This document shows, one piece after another, positions 42,901 through 46,986 of a stretch of DNA of 64,000 nt. The translations under genes were made by a program, and so were the position numbers. How positions within the stretch are numbered: position 1 is the first letter of the stretch; the number at the start of each line of letters is the position of its first letter. The DNA is from Candidatus Limadaptatus stercoripullorum (GTDB lineage: Bacteria > Bacillota > Clostridia > Christensenellales > CAG-917), in contig DVOE01000010.1 of assembly GCA_018713795.1 (NCBI GenBank), forward strand, positions 4,014 to 68,013. The letters are read 5' to 3'. The notes under the pieces are model-generated. The model saw only the letters and a list, made by a program, of their open reading frames with translations. It did no database searches and was not told where the DNA came from.

Positions 42901-45725
42901 GCACCGCTGACGGCAAGACCTACACCTTCACCGGCAGCACGCATATCAACATCGTGAGCACCTTTGTGGCTCCGCCCGAGCCCACGGTGACCGACGCGAC
43001 CGTCGATGACGCGCGCTTCGCGCCCGTCACCGTCGATCCGCTGGTGTACGCGAGCTTCGACGAGTTCCTCGCCGCCTTCAAGGCGAAGTACGCGAAGAGT
43101 GCGATCTACGCGACTGCAGACGGCGAAGAAGTGCTCGGCACCTTCTCGTCGCTCACCTTCGGCAATGTCGGCTACGGCAAGGACAACGCGGCGGCGCTCC
43201 CGCTCGCGGGCGGCAGCTACTCCGTGTCGATCAACTTCACCGACGCGGCAGGTAACAGATACCGCGCGACCGTGCCCGTCACCATCCTCGACCGCACTCC
43301 CGCTTCCTACGAGTTCGTCTTCGAAGGCTTCGAAAAGACCGTGACGCGCGGCGAGTTCGGCGCGAGAGAGATCGTGACTTATTGGAACGAGCTGACAGGC
43401 GCGACGCTCACCGTCGAGACCGGTCCCGACGGGCTGCCCACGGTGCTCACCGTGCTCAACCCCTTCGCCTTCGATTGGGCGACCATCTTCGGCAGCGGCA
43501 GCGGGCTTAAGATCACCACCGCGGACACCGGCGAGCAGTTCGTGCTCTCGGCGGCGGATCCCTTCGCGGCAGGCGCCTTCGAAGGCTACACGGTCGCCGC
43601 GGGCTACACGAGCGAAGCCCTGACCATCACCTTCGGAAACGGCGGCGCGACCTTCGCGATCACCGTCGAGTTCGTGGTCGAGCCGACCGCGCTCAATATG
43701 TACAACACCGACCTCGCCTCCGACACGCTGGCGTACAACGAGCTCAAGCTCAACGCTTCCGTCTACGGCTTCGAGAGCCTTGACGGCAAGGTCGTGCCCA
43801 GCCTCTACGATCTCCTCGACGCACCCACCGAGTTCGTGTGGTATGTCGACGGCATGTTCGTCGCGGCGGCGCGCGAGACGGAGTACACCACCGGCATGGG
43901 CTACACCGCGCTCGGGGACGAGAACGGCACCTACCGCTACAACTACAGCCGCGGCGCTTACAAACGCGTTAGCGGCGGCGAATTCGTCTTCGTGTACAGC
44001 GCGACGGCGAAGCTCACGGCAGAGTGGAACCACTCCGCGGTCATCTACTCCTTCGCGGGCGGCGTGAGGAACACCTCCGCCACCGTCAAGGCGTCCGGCA
44101 CCGCGGGCGACATCTCGCTCTCCGTGTCCGTGCCCGTCAACATCTACAACTCCGAACTCGCGACCATCGCGTTCAAGACATCGAGCTACGACTTCTTCGG
44201 CGATCTCGTCGCGAAGTACACCGTGGGCGAAGACGGCGTCACCAAGACCTTCGTGCAGGGTAACGCGGGCGGCAAGTACGACTACTTCGTCGACATGACG
44301 AACATGAGGGTCTACTTCCTTGCCGACGGCGGAAACAACTATGTCGACCTCAGGACCGGCGAGTTCTTCTTCGATCCGATGAGCGGCATAGACCTCTTCG
44401 AACAGGTCACCGTGTCCTCCGCCATAGGTCAGAGGACGGTTTACAGGTGGTTCCCGCTGCAGGTGTCCGCAGTGACCAAGGGCGGGCTCACCAACTCCGC
44501 TCTCTTCGTCGGCTGGAACCTCGGCGGCGTCGCGTTCGACTACGCGGGCGGTTCCTTCACCGCGGCGATCGTCCTGAGAGAGACCGAGATGAACGGCGGC
44601 ACCAACACCGTCGGCGAGCAGCGCTTCACTCCGGACGAACTTAACATCACCGTCAAGAACAGGACCGCGACCGCGGCGATCACGACGGATACTGCCACCG
44701 GCTACGCTACGCTCAGCGCGCTCACCGGCTTCGCGGGCAATGGCACCTTCATCGATCCGTACAACTTCGATATGGCGGTGTTCAGGCGCTCGGTCACCGA
44801 CATCGGCGCGATAGCCTTCACGCTCGGCGATGGCAACTACACCTTCTCCAAGGACGGCGCGAACGGCTACACGCTGGGTTGGGACTTCACGGGATTCGGC
44901 GTTACCTACACGGGCGGCATCGCGGAACTCACCGCGCTGCTCACCGGACCCGACGGCTCCACTCAGCGCTTCACCTTCGACTTCCTGGTCACCCGCGTCC
45001 ATATCAGCCGGATCGTGGGGAAGAAGGGCGGCGCGATCGGCATGGGCGTGAACACCACCTTCTCGGTCTATGCCGCGAACGACGGTTCGACGAACATCGG
45101 CATGGCGCAGGGCACCTACAGCATCGACCCGCACATCCCGCAGTCGCACAGCCTGCCCAAGGGCTGGGAGATCAGCTTCAATGCGTGGAACCCCGTTTAC
45201 GCGAACGGCGCGCTCACCGGCGAATGGAGAGGCACGAACTACGAGACTGTCACAAGGGATTACATCGCGGTCTCCATGCCCGCGTTCGACTGGGCGGCGG
45301 ATCTCGTCGAGAACGGCAGCGACGGCTCGCTCGGCTACGCGACCCTGCAGCTCGACAACGGACAGAGAGTCAGGATACCCGTCGCCGTCACCGGAAAGGG
45401 CGGTTCCCTCACCGTGAGCGGCAGCTTCTACAGGCAGCAGGGCAACCTCCTCGAGCTCGACACCAAGGCGACCATAAACGGCAAGCAGTACACCATCGTC
45501 TGGGTGGGCACCGCGACCGTGTCGGGCGGTAGCACTTACAATGTCACCTTCGCGTCCGCGGGCGACAAGTACATCGTCCAGCCCAAGGGGCTCAGGAAGG
45601 TCACTTACAACCTCACCGGCTATGTCGGCGCGGTCATCGACGAGAGCGGCAATGTGCTCATCGACGGTGATTCCGGCACTCCGTGGTACCTCGCCACGAC
45701 GAGCGCGTCCGGCACCGTCAACTGA
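21897..45725 (+). CDS. Giant (7,942 aa) acidic, N-terminally lipid-anchored surface protein of unknown family
   Basis: Single stop-free frame of 23,829 nt with a good RBS, a promoter and a downstream terminator. It has the same third-position G/C bias as its neighbours and an SPase II signal with lipobox LVAC. The internal architecture is conserved (mega-repeats, acidic linkers, C-terminal beta-sandwich-like modules). No enzymatic or known adhesin motif was recognised. Confidence 0.9.
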   Translation: MRKLKIALLIALILCLVCGVLVACDPIGKDPGAPDTPGGPGDPEVPDSGIRSVSSSQAYAAFKEAALNVYAGNYYNFSTTIGLDYIKDKYGRYFAVKIQAAIDPEEDANSEMLVELWRMNEAGGEETLLLGLYYFDGTIVYDCTGIKKGAQVVKTEDLDITAIAKAVDKALGGTSVGQLLLDNLLGIELGDLGSVERILTALFAPTSRAVVAADGTVEYQIPINLASVLGLVGGLIAPDGLLGDYSDLILTIGNVLGIDLGKLSDLDTTSTAIYLVATVGKDAQGQPLLVSGPVLEVGMDFNTSGGAGSEIMESELDVSVGITEIQAGTAPVLNLETYLVSERGYDLDELTEYSPLTLELSLDLDLDLKEHSFEIQTILGALGGLLGDVSVPEALKTLNIDIAEDTSLTLGIKISAEINMRDPAGTNAVIDITGTDGALRGRVAYIGAERSLYADLTGILGRNAKVKITDFDLNAFLSEQIDSLLVTINEALAGLTGDDQAASQAEYDAAKALVDEGEIVKHYVASSSDDEPATLDTIGLIMAILENIDVDMNGDIFNIEGIGVTLTKQIINSIVNLISPGATLPLMGDVALNYSNPGFGETKELTISGLAIGVDDGSGTGAIKTLAEVGLGIGIRLGTFADDAGFRAAIEDIATADANHEYAALLTFDQLLDTDSIVIGDILANVGTVSVDLSLGIDIDAIGGEFLDFTYGNSDFLIAVLAAFAEEGLDVGATLKLSADVDLAALLTTDATGALALNAAGLLTGANLYLALIGGDGTAALEVWLNGGVAYLHTTLLGGFDIKVDIGQFFSASGQSEASALAAANEGEESGFDIASILALLGGVGVGDTYIDVYLAAFTLSELFETLGVSLGDVGISLIDPDGEESSITGGVKIELGDGLNLGEAGISVYLGLGEGADIELSLGGFGAGIGSNAGAIIPEDRKADFVDILSEPYLYLHLNAGLEASIKQQGISLGEELGDIVIGSDIDIDYSFDIEAFVDLRPIVGSLLGTDYPAANDTQIVVKLAKNEGGTGEEEVLLGVYYKDGRAYLDLAVLGIAPASIELDLMQLITGQALAGVEPLAGSQAYAADGGTGGNDVKTAVQLALEIGTDGLTVTLVQGLVELLVQYVAGLEGMEIDALLNIDWSEAAEDLLALEVGLTDASGNALADLALTVGGIELALGKALGDGVAMTTMPEDDVLAGMTSLGSVVGDEYQLIEKVADAQAYAGNLFRKDPVLEVYTMFKLADGIALRYAKGEKLYIAVAGENGATSYKEATLAEAQAAPAVFVDAEGKTAFTMADAIALEYENGGVLYSNAVQFALTMPAVHVEFAGEITLGVDPDTGATEWTIGSWITNFLKEDSDINGDGSADAADAALYGFISALLLEFNLVDEAMVTIGLNLAANLRFNPDDVEDIAYILGHSDISLVVTGTDAAGSTETLLGLYIVANEQDNTSTLYLETKEGGLLSGLKIKVPGLDLGTLAGSLFAGGEEGGAEGQALASSSDDGSESGGTDILGVIEGVIAGAIYSIIVDNQGVTVNFASAMVAYVLTLIPSLGLPDAVADPDGFAAFAESFVELNPARSYLSVLVGDNAGGLGGNLALELGLGIDPVYLGIALGGLSVGFAGEGESAEPVFGDGSVSEQEYFADFVNFYEIDALSIGATAKLDLTLKSGELELGSMLDILIGEALVAFGVDIPEDLRLSAEVFIGANISVSDPDKTQVVLELRDGISGTVVFGAYLDGATLWIRGGELPIGNVRIENTGFAALIGGVITDLLSSVTASGSAEALAAAEGDTYASNDALAVFFELAKDRIALSITETFLVALISAVTATPDGDPADTDIAGIIERLGLDAEVNVGVDFSTFTIDIGLESNLLDLGISIVEPTVGMTPNEDVSNAIAALAAGDSFTSYPATSTRVGATVDLSLSLGLSEGELTLSDLLGIILDIDSVKNGIAGLQGDAGKILGTLLNALGLELVIAEGRVAADIGIHISALLDLKELGSYAPVDRDYAVQNLGSRNFVVYDAENDTFLKFTGTTAADVDAVYNEGGTLYAVDGLADKILSGDFESIFTYTEIDKANAAPGETYILDEDGVYGALTPAEGQTFAEAVEAYGGTLYSRSVEISLDALLAALEANVKLTVNDRLVDIYLADGQLYLDLGGFDGPKVSIDLMWLIDMISKATTTAEGMAADGADGAPAEASVLDTVLSLLNSVIKRVSLGTAISDVGGNLLAGGLGANITLGADVLSAVLGQLIGTEITTSELLLAEDATLRLKLQPQDEGRGLLELAVGAVLQDGVRLDLGLGAGLDITLASPVRTLIDEETRASFTDITPAIESILALVNGTAADPDAAAQPVKFSIMGRVYFDADGEANYELGGTVNSLLGSLLSVYINDLYVDLGIKDGVSAGLGFRLTAGLDLAELAKIDLDACKDENGALDAKKFVVALLKGVPSLKIALELIELDENLEFATYTADEAKGGYVTEGDYKAMAGIYIQNGNLYLNGTNIFGVADNYTQVPGFTTFVAEAIEDTPEETGKEEGTEATTSAEAYSSADGTVRDALLQALLSSEGLKIVATKSILSLLIATLMPDLGSLTDIFDQLDVFVELDTGDTALFLGVGAVLGANGATQSLGLELGAIKIEVGADAESSVVPAFITAGKTPDGKESVPLAPFYDSVISLSTSVEFELGITEGVLDFGGFLEDIVGDIGGVTIEMPETAKGYSSAHLRLDLYIMLNMYDLAQSELYIELYNLSNEAGAEVLWLGAYYSGMTVYLDLSFFGLPRISAPLNEISGLIDEYLGDLLDSSIFDTVVVPSAPAESEGLAADEQSEEADITSVQDKVASLVISERRLALHVGNYLMRYILSAFDIGGITLADLIYENLYGELDIEIYYGESLNVEIGARLALEGDRYVPVELTTEKNIDDVKAEIAALEKDENAAEEAGYYTFEKGEDGKYALTSDGEYRLLGTSETNPNNEGYIAPADRYVGTKLTSSSDITVGTTVYKWKDGDELNMSAYDAELDLSLGIKNFELGFVTEHQPILSGSELEQYMDFNAAETVSLSETLSLDLLLREGADIDLAGLLGYLFEGTSEDIVAIISAAAANGGDLNRHIDLVIAVEFRLGAFLNYMRSLAAQYPLMYSATFGQVRDTLLTLGDEVDLLTFVGAIMSVVGAKVPDASGNIYYEDAEADDLVGLEDLLEFVNASVRIVTNGDPVTVNGEQVVPMHDILGVYFVGGEFREATAEDRANGEQLYSHFFRSQSGAYAYDSATGSIRLISDIEGTYDPDELYGYDASYMYPVAAGDNHNKGTHVREDAGLYVDLSYLGQPSIYIALSELQNFVGDLMSETDASAQALAAGGTDAAASADEDDAPPTISLGNIAGSLPLLGDQIASYVTAFLYGIRMTSTFIQVLVDSNYLNSLLGILLGEDDLLPEMTEQSSLTINTDVNNYEYFYATDATNEQLMYSDSRFHINIDDENGVYYLSDDDRLELRSRMTESEAAAYQERVDAGTANYYTITAIDLYLNVEGEYVSFDEASNADWRDAERYTSVKVQASDALGVTEAFIGTYVYYVANEDGGYDELDYTYDTSAYDGEEVFVIYPSEDRNPLIELEVYLWEYKIGIAINLPETGALDYTYRVATPEEVEAGIGLYAEGDEYVYELAAEALAERENAFVYFRGKYFPLDGNLYKYEDGKYNKHDGGYDLGGSYAVACREEGFVYYVPVTADKHYERVAYGAVYTAVTGDRTQGSTYYVREEAAATSVSYPEMFVDFSKSYANASAAGITANLYYEYSAVEDAWVRLGGSGIESDHEKGIYRGDEILHTWDPDAGSFVSYKDYQAAHGRVPSHVFIAEPINYVDSAELYTISLALRGSLSISGCENYVTLEDYKKLTGDPVPEGTTRYNLDEVSGEYVEAADGKYVKVVGSMNAISDILSGIMGDMRSMLVIGENYSAEILFEIKAKVSYDFGDANTPGNEAAGADTLWITEIDLAIDTWIRQSSDNRLRHFIGLYYDSDVETGESALYADLTWLLGAGAKVKIDMSAYSLQDLLNSKGLLGGLTGATTSAEGLAAANEEAANIKNPDTASVLLSLTTRKIALSVSAGFVRLLIGLIAPDAAETVEQLLPNVTAEVGIGLAPYALGIDLTLHDESGEFDILGIGIKLNLFDASDKTTSLRLDLGATEDFHELDADRLAAMSSDYIFYQAMFTPILGDDTPVGGEATYRAEAPGANEKSFERVYGNTDGSLLYRLNDEATYSLVGEVFYSYARADYYNRYAMVPAGFEALTLTVYTKSLNDKGEPVYSVYEGAIGEAEEDLYILVNDEYQVFDPATVASGGYWFYTYDYATGTPAMTPYTEEAYAEYIKAITAQTDKANAGEGIYNLVYDASELGAKLYIYTGELAGDDLTAHIADSANYTVPVYDTLGAHKRSVGFAGYNELMALDLDKLINGGGLQVSDLASMLTVEDIELTLSLDLGLEFGEIINWTQQMTELLAVEGEAANYFKFLLQAATLSQAEFLAYIGGELTLTAYIKGESVKNALASMGGAESADTMALIKAMLAGAEICIEFFYDTNFHGEPTDASVLTLWVAFDKDAMASIYIDGGGFAEYAGLVDTSGSGGNFFDKIKLEGLDIFSLLAPAEASEGVEGLGSADPEDVVGDEILGTVNDGSGGDFGMLPSNIWGYINMILGHLLIADDTIGIGLAENLVANLIDNFIEDFSGLEYLPKLSVSYDAESSGIAILLGEQPTVKVTVGVLSGGEFYGTKDEVWELLANDTNGVANYGITKENFDSVIGDPVLIEENGETATVYFLADEEYALAAYASSENVWLGDRYKLEIDDAAAGEYHFQLVENALDGAFTQRNDGAFVQLDETDVQGKFSSRFGSQATGYISYEAGDYVALTTYLRVTGTTSVDESRRYAFDETMVKDGAHFMKLGDLKLTIELGDLGLKVGQGASSNPAPKGDEEYRDIMKEGGVRISTSIDVSFYGAEGEMVDLGSVLDFIVGLLNVSGVSGNDLRLNITSALGYPDSPYFNVALDIYADLPKLLGALLGGGDGEAKISNALQLALEIRQYEPQDGGGYELGEKALIGVYLANDTLYADLSALLGDTAKISISGLNIIDLIMNSASAETPAEGETPAETTAEGFAAGIADILGATSHDYAYIGALVNPGYICIQLTMAAVEAILGKVSENMPEAGLPDELLDLGDIILESYGSRKDGDMLSIGIKLTDGFAAQLAIEGLYLGTESLTDTLPVFDGYLNVFDIGSGELGETLTIGAKAQIALSMTSTGLSRDDQSNFSVIDTAAEAKEYGGKLYTSASTTALWANWDAADKDALIDEYYKTGRLYKSIYDTSLAGWAVDLIMGLLGPSLEEILGPVSSEIVNVTFANEDLNLVIDLTADLNIAAIMKFGIAGILYSDLVLDVRLSDFNRSLLKAYYLGSSRLSKSDNYYTLGMDASGAFADSIYVDLSGLGFGTIKLSGITGLLGGTTGGIYDVMPEGASAADETSEGAEGTEGTTEGTEGGLNISGLSLTINLSNDAVGIKLEESVIEFLFGMIGGEIAGYIPDIQSLGLQLNFGDTGIQSLAVDAVLDEAGTGLQLSIDNIELGLGGLISDAEIEEMIKEVSEGYGGLAMSNTAGIMTMLQNIIDTAAVNLNIDIDKRGQYFATNGYNSVGSRNELGQLTLYSSRMNATMDAGGWLGDNYWNGARRLLLNLNVASTHSGSRSIDVWFGTNDQWAQNNVYITGLGSLLEGGALGPLLTWVAENLGVINLAGLLGKPLIPPLAGQGADTGVWTEPEGSSAAETASAAEESGAEATTSAVTADTTGGTYGGNQGSFHAYAGNDITAALKGIIEKLELNLFTDSGYMPYIAGGTAPGAGTDPTQFISIKVTLDKVAYNELLIYLYTMILGLLQGTGTEGGAVDSGSGVDWGGPSDDNAWYFVDGTDIQDNALKRHAAADGRHNDRMYIISNLFRELEAIQAKGYTTEAGRKALVQEQINVLEPYVRSMPFALAQWLIFNMLWNTLSGFSFALGALDTLFNNLGYVIGDLLPPFADMNDSVASPSLNIYIDLNPQGSMYGVGNKVVAAGIQALELMVNCTKNEGDYGETVRASASSGASSVANITDAYVLAINPRNLKNGTETSLQGQGLLSLAEVEATAISAPASILVSDPGKRTATIMSGADGTGEQRGSGVLNSTLFTESNGFAVTADVTVINDTGYRAPNVGANGIESWGTTSTRATQRVDIVWDASSVDLVAATKATANDNGLRLAGHVYGYALNEVVAIVPVYLTNDYAVSTVQAYVNYDDPDGARSTQELTLDASRANATSLPDIISVTFENDVSYLFGEALKDPVSGESYQAIRPSANGPFKLDGASYEGVTVTDEETGESTTTPTLYPAYKAHLVEVADGTAGAVEVDGKFYKSVTYENATYLVIRDGVTRGFPVGEFSWDDTSFGWDGGVQQVEFSFSWGYATETTFTADITVVENRVTSVTAAALGDYASFVENTDGATVIALDLDALLTGREVSEYKQIILDFVGGLNSVTARLGVDGEAQLAAKWDVTALEAAIDALAVKDANGNVTSYNFYLGITAGVTAWLGGSEATGTSGREFYASGVFNGEGSTDERYADKGFIAQAHPVTVLVYSNVVSEVSSDLTFDPYAAASVTMDPDDFLGKSVSVELSDGTVRSLDIEKEESSDALTPVGIYVMNGSLMPVWDGKGEEPAAYVTSKQLMREISFEGYSGVYGDIFLRVSIGTDIVVKQTVDLPVTVLAAAANDNRYDIRSSGRSYARDFLGNFVHKEKGAAEGSWTAGGEMFDDLQYQNNNYYNIEVMWDSALFYTNTSYKDEVKLADLAAGKDYYAIVPVVRNEGGTEFATQYERDEKGNILYYDKDGNLVAADKGNPSPVYQTVKLWFTLDGTGVYPEEDSIIRVTSGEFDAGFAFKDKNTLPDESLVDWIIANKNGGNFEFTFKDGTDSDVTVSANIANIKLGDYEGRKNTSVKVVAGEGGYDNTVTYTFTGTADGKTYTFTGSTHINIVSTFVAPPEPTVTDATVDDARFAPVTVDPLVYASFDEFLAAFKAKYAKSAIYATADGEEVLGTFSSLTFGNVGYGKDNAAALPLAGGSYSVSINFTDAAGNRYRATVPVTILDRTPASYEFVFEGFEKTVTRGEFGAREIVTYWNELTGATLTVETGPDGLPTVLTVLNPFAFDWATIFGSGSGLKITTADTGEQFVLSAADPFAAGAFEGYTVAAGYTSEALTITFGNGGATFAITVEFVVEPTALNMYNTDLASDTLAYNELKLNASVYGFESLDGKVVPSLYDLLDAPTEFVWYVDGMFVAAARETEYTTGMGYTALGDENGTYRYNYSRGAYKRVSGGEFVFVYSATAKLTAEWNHSAVIYSFAGGVRNTSATVKASGTAGDISLSVSVPVNIYNSELATIAFKTSSYDFFGDLVAKYTVGEDGVTKTFVQGNAGGKYDYFVDMTNMRVYFLADGGNNYVDLRTGEFFFDPMSGIDLFEQVTVSSAIGQRTVYRWFPLQVSAVTKGGLTNSALFVGWNLGGVAFDYAGGSFTAAIVLRETEMNGGTNTVGEQRFTPDELNITVKNRTATAAITTDTATGYATLSALTGFAGNGTFIDPYNFDMAVFRRSVTDIGAIAFTLGDGNYTFSKDGANGYTLGWDFTGFGVTYTGGIAELTALLTGPDGSTQRFTFDFLVTRVHISRIVGKKGGAIGMGVNTTFSVYAANDGSTNIGMAQGTYSIDPHIPQSHSLPKGWEISFNAWNPVYANGALTGEWRGTNYETVTRDYIAVSMPAFDWAADLVENGSDGSLGYATLQLDNGQRVRIPVAVTGKGGSLTVSGSFYRQQGNLLELDTKATINGKQYTIVWVGTATVSGGSTYNVTFASAGDKYIVQPKGLRKVTYNLTGYVGAVIDESGNVLIDGDSGTPWYLATTSASGTVN
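22278..39190 (+). repeat. About 15 highly diverged protein-level mega-repeats (roughly 260-780 aa each) within the giant ORF
   Basis: A recurrent closing motif of the type hLhGhYh..G..hYhDL....G...h.I....h..Lh occurs at about 22278, 23214, 24234, 25002, 26208, 27087, 28320, 29349, 30153, 31557/31821, 33882, 35613, 37113, 38151 and 39027. Each is followed by an acidic Ala/Glu/Gly/Thr/Ser linker and then an amphipathic strand-helix segment. Confidence 0.75.
40330..45725 (+). repeat. C-terminal array of divergent beta-sandwich (Ig-like?) modules in the giant ORF
   Basis: About a dozen segments share the pattern ..h.W[DN/G].....h.Y.GG....h.h.h. Examples: VDIVWDASSVDL, FSWDDTSFGWDGGVQQVEFSF, AKWDVTALEAAI, IEVMWDSALFY, LTAEWNHSAVIYSFAGG, FVGWNLGGVAFDYAGGSF, YTLGWDFTGFGVTYTGG, YTIVWVGTATVSGGSTY. 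Alternating-polarity strands lie between them. The fold assignment is inference. Confidence 0.5.
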
Positions 45726-45753
45726 CGCGCTTCCCGCGCGAACGAACAAAAGG

Positions 45754-45781
45754 CGCGCCCCTTCGGGGGCGCGTTTTTTTG
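45754..45781 (+). terminator. Rho-independent terminator of the giant gene
   Basis: 8-bp all-GC stem CGCGCCCC / GGGGCGCG with a 4-nt loop, followed by T7. It starts 29 nt after the stop codon. Confidence 0.8.
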
Positions 45782-45803
45782 TTCGGACGGGCGCTCCCGC
45801 CGC

Positions 45804-45832
45804 TTGCAAAACGCGCGGGCGGCGCTTATAAT
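45804..45832 (+). promoter_or_regulatory. SigA-type promoter of the AEC transporter gene
   Basis: TTGCAA (45804-45809), 17-nt spacer, TATAAT (45827-45832). Confidence 0.55.
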
Positions 45833-45856
45833 TGTAGGCACGAAGGAGGGCAGTCT

Positions 45857-46891
45857 ATGGAGTTCGGCACCACCGCGGTAACCGTGTTGCTGCTTGTCGC
45901 GATGGCTATCCCGGGGTTCATCCTCGTCAAAGCCAAAGTTATCAAGCCGCACGCGATATCCTATTTCTCGGCGGTGCTCCTTTACGCCTCCCAGCCATTC
46001 CTCTCCATACGCTCGTTTTTGCAGGCGGACTACACCCCCGAGCTCGCCGTCAACCTCGGCATAGTCTTTCTCTTCTCGCTGCTCGCGCAGGGGTTGCTTT
46101 TCGGCGTCCTCTGGGCGATCCTCGCGCGTAAGTTCGACGATCCCGCGGACAGCAGGCGGCTGCTCGAAGAGGGATTTTTGGCTCCGCACGCCGCGATAAA
46201 GGATGAGGGGCTCGCCGCGCTGGCGTCAAGGTGCGCGAAGGGCAGGGCGTGCCGCGTGTTCGTGCTCGCCGCGACTTTCGGCAATGTCGGGTTTTTCGGC
46301 GTCCCGGTGCTGCAGATGCTCTTTCCGCTCGCCCCCGAGACCATCGCCTATTCCGCGGTGTTCATCGTGTCCATGAACCTCATGTGCTGGACGCTCGGCT
46401 CCTATCTCCTCACCGGCGACAAAAAGTACATCAGCCTCAAAAAGGCGATCCTCAACCCGCAGATGATCGCCCTCATCATCGCGCTGCCGCTGTTTTTCAC
46501 CGGAGTGACTTCAGACGATCTCCCCGACGCCGTCAACAAGGTGATAAGTTTCCTTGCGGACATGACCGCGCCGCTTTGCATGATCATCCTCGGGATGCGC
46601 TTCGCCGTGGCGCCCGTGCGCGAACTGTTCACCGACATCAAGGTGTACATCTCGGTGTTCATCAAGGTGCTGGTCTTCCCGCTCGCTGTCTACTTGGTGC
46701 TTTTGCCGTTCAAGTCCATGGACGAGATGATGAAGATCTCGCTCGTCATCCTGAGCGGTATGCCCTCCGCTTCCATCAACCTCAACCTCGCCGAACTCTA
46801 CGGCGCGGATCAGAAGACCGCCGCGAACAACATCCTTCTCTCCACGCTGCTCTCCATCCTCACCATACCGCTCATCATGCTGTTGTTCTGA
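45857..46891 (+). CDS. AEC (auxin efflux carrier) family membrane transporter
   Basis: GAAGGAGGG RBS precedes ATG 45857. About 10 TM helices arranged in two halves with a central hydrophilic loop. The C-terminal SGMPSASINLNLAELYGAD is typical of AEC/Mem_trans proteins. Confidence 0.78.
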   Translation: MEFGTTAVTVLLLVAMAIPGFILVKAKVIKPHAISYFSAVLLYASQPFLSIRSFLQADYTPELAVNLGIVFLFSLLAQGLLFGVLWAILARKFDDPADSRRLLEEGFLAPHAAIKDEGLAALASRCAKGRACRVFVLAATFGNVGFFGVPVLQMLFPLAPETIAYSAVFIVSMNLMCWTLGSYLLTGDKKYISLKKAILNPQMIALIIALPLFFTGVTSDDLPDAVNKVISFLADMTAPLCMIILGMRFAVAPVRELFTDIKVYISVFIKVLVFPLAVYLVLLPFKSMDEMMKISLVILSGMPSASINLNLAELYGADQKTAANNILLSTLLSILTIPLIMLLF

Positions 46892-46926
46892 GCGGCGGCG
46901 TAGCCCCGCGCGAGTTACTTTTTCCG

Positions 46927-46954
46927 TTGATATTGCGCGCGGTTATGCTATAAT
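46927..46954 (+). promoter_or_regulatory. SigA-type promoter with extended -10
   Basis: TTGATA (46927-46932), 16-nt spacer ending in TGC, TATAAT (46949-46954). About 30 nt upstream of the RBS of the SPFH gene. Confidence 0.55.
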
Positions 46955-46986
46955 GTTAGAGCAAGACCATCCCTTAGGAGGCGAAA

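Noticed and set aside
21897-45725. Known giant-protein classes for the 7,942-aa ORF: RTX toxin/adhesin, Rhs/YD polymorphic toxin, sortase-anchored adhesin, S-layer protein, DGR target, NRPS/PKS
   Set aside because: The ORF has no tandem GGxGxD nonapeptides, no YD-repeat consensus or PAAR/toxin tip, no LPXTG or SLH, and no adenylation/KS/ACP motifs. There is no reverse transcriptase and no template repeat within the window. None of these classes fits, so the family is left open rather than forced.
38112-45809. 2,565-aa minus-strand ORF inside the giant gene
   Set aside because: Same codon-aligned antisense frame. It is bounded by a sense CTA codon at 38112-38114 and runs through the giant gene's terminator. 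There is no RBS and no recognisable motif.
21512-46000. Giant gene as part of a mobile element or genomic island
   Set aside because: No integrase, transposase, tRNA attachment site, flanking direct repeats or compositional break is visible. Codon bias looks the same as in the flanking housekeeping genes. Horizontal origin cannot be excluded without genome-wide statistics.
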